Notes under the pieces: model-generated | The model's input: the letters and a program-made list of their open reading frames with translations, nothing else | Told to the model about the DNA's origin: nothing | Databases searched by the model: none | NCBI GenBank assembly: GCA_963665095.1 | Contig: OY762069.1 | Location: 1,792,001-1,856,000, forward strand | Source: an uncultured Desulfobacter sp. | GTDB taxonomy: Bacteria; Desulfobacterota; Desulfobacteria; Desulfobacterales; Desulfobacteraceae | DNA: 64,000 nucleotides | Direction: 5' to 3' | Shown: in pieces, positions 62,207 to 64,000 of the stretch | How the letters are laid out: each line of letters starts with the position of its first letter | Numbering within the stretch: position 1 is the first letter of the stretch | Program-made: the position numbers and the translations under genes

Positions 62207-62647
62207 TTTCAACTCCATCATTCTTTGAGGACCGTGCCATTTTTAAATGTCTGACGGCTCGTCAATTTGTTTAACCGGACGGCATCCCACAGGGATACAA
62301 TCCGGCTACATTGGGTTAAACAGGGTTAAGATATATAGATGAGATGAAAAAATCAATTTTTCTTTCCGGATATAACCGTGTCCAGCCGAATTCCTTCCCA
62401 TCTCAGTACCGTTAGAGCTAAATAGAAAAAGTGGCAAGGCATCCGACATGTTCTCCGGTTCTCCGGCAAGTAAGGCTCAAACAAATCAGAACACAGGAGG
62501 AAACTTTTGTCTTCCATGAAAAGGCAAGTCAAAGGCTATTTCAAAGCAGCGCTCAATAACAAAAGCATTGTGGCAGGGGCGTTTCAAATTTCACACCGCA
62601 GACTATGTCAACATCGGAATCCCTTCAATGATGGATCTAAAAGTACG

Positions 62648-62966
62648 GACTATTATTAATATTCAATACTTTGAGATTGCTTGTTTTTCGGGATTTTTGA
62701 TATTGATAATGAGCGAGCTCTATTATTATCAGTCGCCTAAGCCGATTTAGAATCCGCATTCAATAACAGAAGCATTGTTTAGGGGGGCAATTTCCTTCGG
62801 AGGATCATGTCAAAAATCGAAATCTTTTGATTTTTATAATGTTGGTGGGAATGCCTGTTATTTTTGCAACGTAATTTTTTGACTCTTAAGGCATCTGCCC
62901 TGGTCGGGTATCCAGGTTCTCCATTCCCGGTTATATGCGGGGGTGACGCCCGACTCCCTGGCTGTA
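62648..62966 (+). repeat. Direct repeat copy 2 (319 bp)
   Basis: Same sequence as 59079-59405 apart from a few substitutions, G6 versus G13, and one A fewer. Confidence 0.92.
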
Positions 62967-63461
62967 TCGGGCATGAGCTGTGCCAGTTCCATATTCCCTT
63001 TGTCGGAAAACGGCATTGGGATTAAAGTTTGCTTTCAGCCTGGATCACCTCTTTGATGAGATCTGAATCCTCACCAAAGGATCTGGTATAGAGAAGACCG
63101 CTTTTGCCCATGGTGGAGTTCCTTGGTTCAGCTGATTTTTTGAAACAGGTTGATCGCCCCCGCCCACACACACATAATTACCACAGATTGCCCCTCTCCA
63201 TTGAGCTGGATTCGAAATTTGACTTTTGAAAAGTATTTAGTATTATGTATCGAACTCTATGTACTATTGCCTACGGAGTGGGTGCTTAATGCTCTTCAGA
63301 TATTGCCATTGAAGATATTGCTTGTTTGAGTTCTTGTAAATATTTAGTTCGTGTTGTATGAATTCTTTAACGGCAAAAGAGATACTGTGATTGCTTGAAA
63401 CGATTACCTCAGTGGAAGGGAATGAAAATACTGACACCGTTTAATTTAATAAAGGAGATAT

Positions 63462-64000
63462 ATGAAGACCGAGCACGAATGTATTCGAAGGGTTCTTGGA
63501 GCGCAAAACAGCGAAGAACTGCTGGCCGGTTACAAAGACTGGGCCGGTGGATACGACAACGATTTGATTGAATTGGGGTATGTGGCTCCCATGCTTACGG
63601 CCCAAGCCCTTATTCGTGAAGTTGATAATGCTTCTGCCAGGATACTGGATGCTGGATGCGGAACAGGACTTGTTGGCCAGTGTCTTGCCGAGTTAGGATA
63701 TCGTGAGCTTGACGCTTTGGACTATTCCCGGGAGATGCTCACTGAAGCCAGAAATAAAGGTGTGTACAAATCACATATCTGCGCGGATATGAATCAGGCA
63801 CTGGATATTCCAGCCAATACATACGACGCAGTTATTTGCGTGGGAGCCTTCACGCTCGGCCATGTGCGCCCCGAGGCCATGACTGAACTGGTCCGGATCA
63901 CCAGGCCAGGCGGAGCAATCAGCTTTACGGTCCGGGATGAAGCTTTTCAGGCCCACGACTACCGCTCCCATATGCTCAAGATGGAGGTAGATGGCGCTTG
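63462..64000 (+). CDS. Class I SAM-dependent methyltransferase, 3' end outside window
   Basis: AAGGAG RBS. MKTEHECIRRV...Y.DWA..YD.DL...ILDAGCGTGLVG..L...D.LDYS.EML..A...YDAVICVG...GHV...L.RITRPGG, open to the window edge. Confidence 0.88.
   Translation, partial: MKTEHECIRRVLGAQNSEELLAGYKDWAGGYDNDLIELGYVAPMLTAQALIREVDNASARILDAGCGTGLVGQCLAELGYRELDALDYSREMLTEARNKGVYKSHICADMNQALDIPANTYDAVICVGAFTLGHVRPEAMTELVRITRPGGAISFTVRDEAFQAHDYRSHMLKMEVDGA

Noticed and set aside
58826..63300. Integron (attI/attC) or dif site
   Set aside because: No integrase, no attC hairpins or cassette array, and no complete XerC/XerD pair could be identified.
1..64000. tRNA, rRNA, CRISPR array or cobalamin riboswitch
   Set aside because: None recognised by eye. 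tRNAscan-SE and an Rfam scan, especially of 20700-21270 and 24100-24300, would be decisive.

Overview
Bacterial chromosomal window with gene content typical of a Desulfobacteraceae-like deltaproteobacterium (taxon is inferred). It has four zones. (1) 1-11.3 kb holds signalling and housekeeping genes: a partial PAS sensor, ptsP, a CmoM-like methyltransferase, a PhnD-like binding protein next to an MCP, tcdA and a Cache-domain MCP. (2) 11.4-28.8 kb is a corrinoid/tetrahydrofolate methyl-transfer catabolic island: porin, two MFS transporters, three URO-D-fold methyltransferases, a methyl-THF:corrinoid methyltransferase, a corrinoid protein, fhs, a doubly deleted folD and a His-rich/COG0523 pair. 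Five of its promoter regions share a bipartite operator with near-constant spacing, beside a PucR-family regulator. (3) 29-41.4 kb holds a membrane-anchorless FtsK with a ZapA-like N-terminus, a hybrid kinase and a nest of IS elements. These are a deleted IS1634 and an IS110-family (IS1111-type) element whose recombinase is split by a DDE/ExeA element and whose bridge RNA is split by an IS3. The bridge RNA guides can be read from the sequence and match the element's own target and donor junction. (4) 41.5-63 kb is a defence island: ABC-ATPase plus TOPRIM-like pair, a SNF2-DUF1156-DUF499 system, and a patatin/CD-NTase/E2-only CBASS whose cyclase is interrupted by an intact IS4. It also has a divergent XRE-IrrE-like regulator lacking its Zn ligands and a truncated type I RM locus bracketed by ~320-bp direct repeats. 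No rRNA, tRNA or CRISPR array was seen. Family assignments come from motif recognition by eye, not from database searches.
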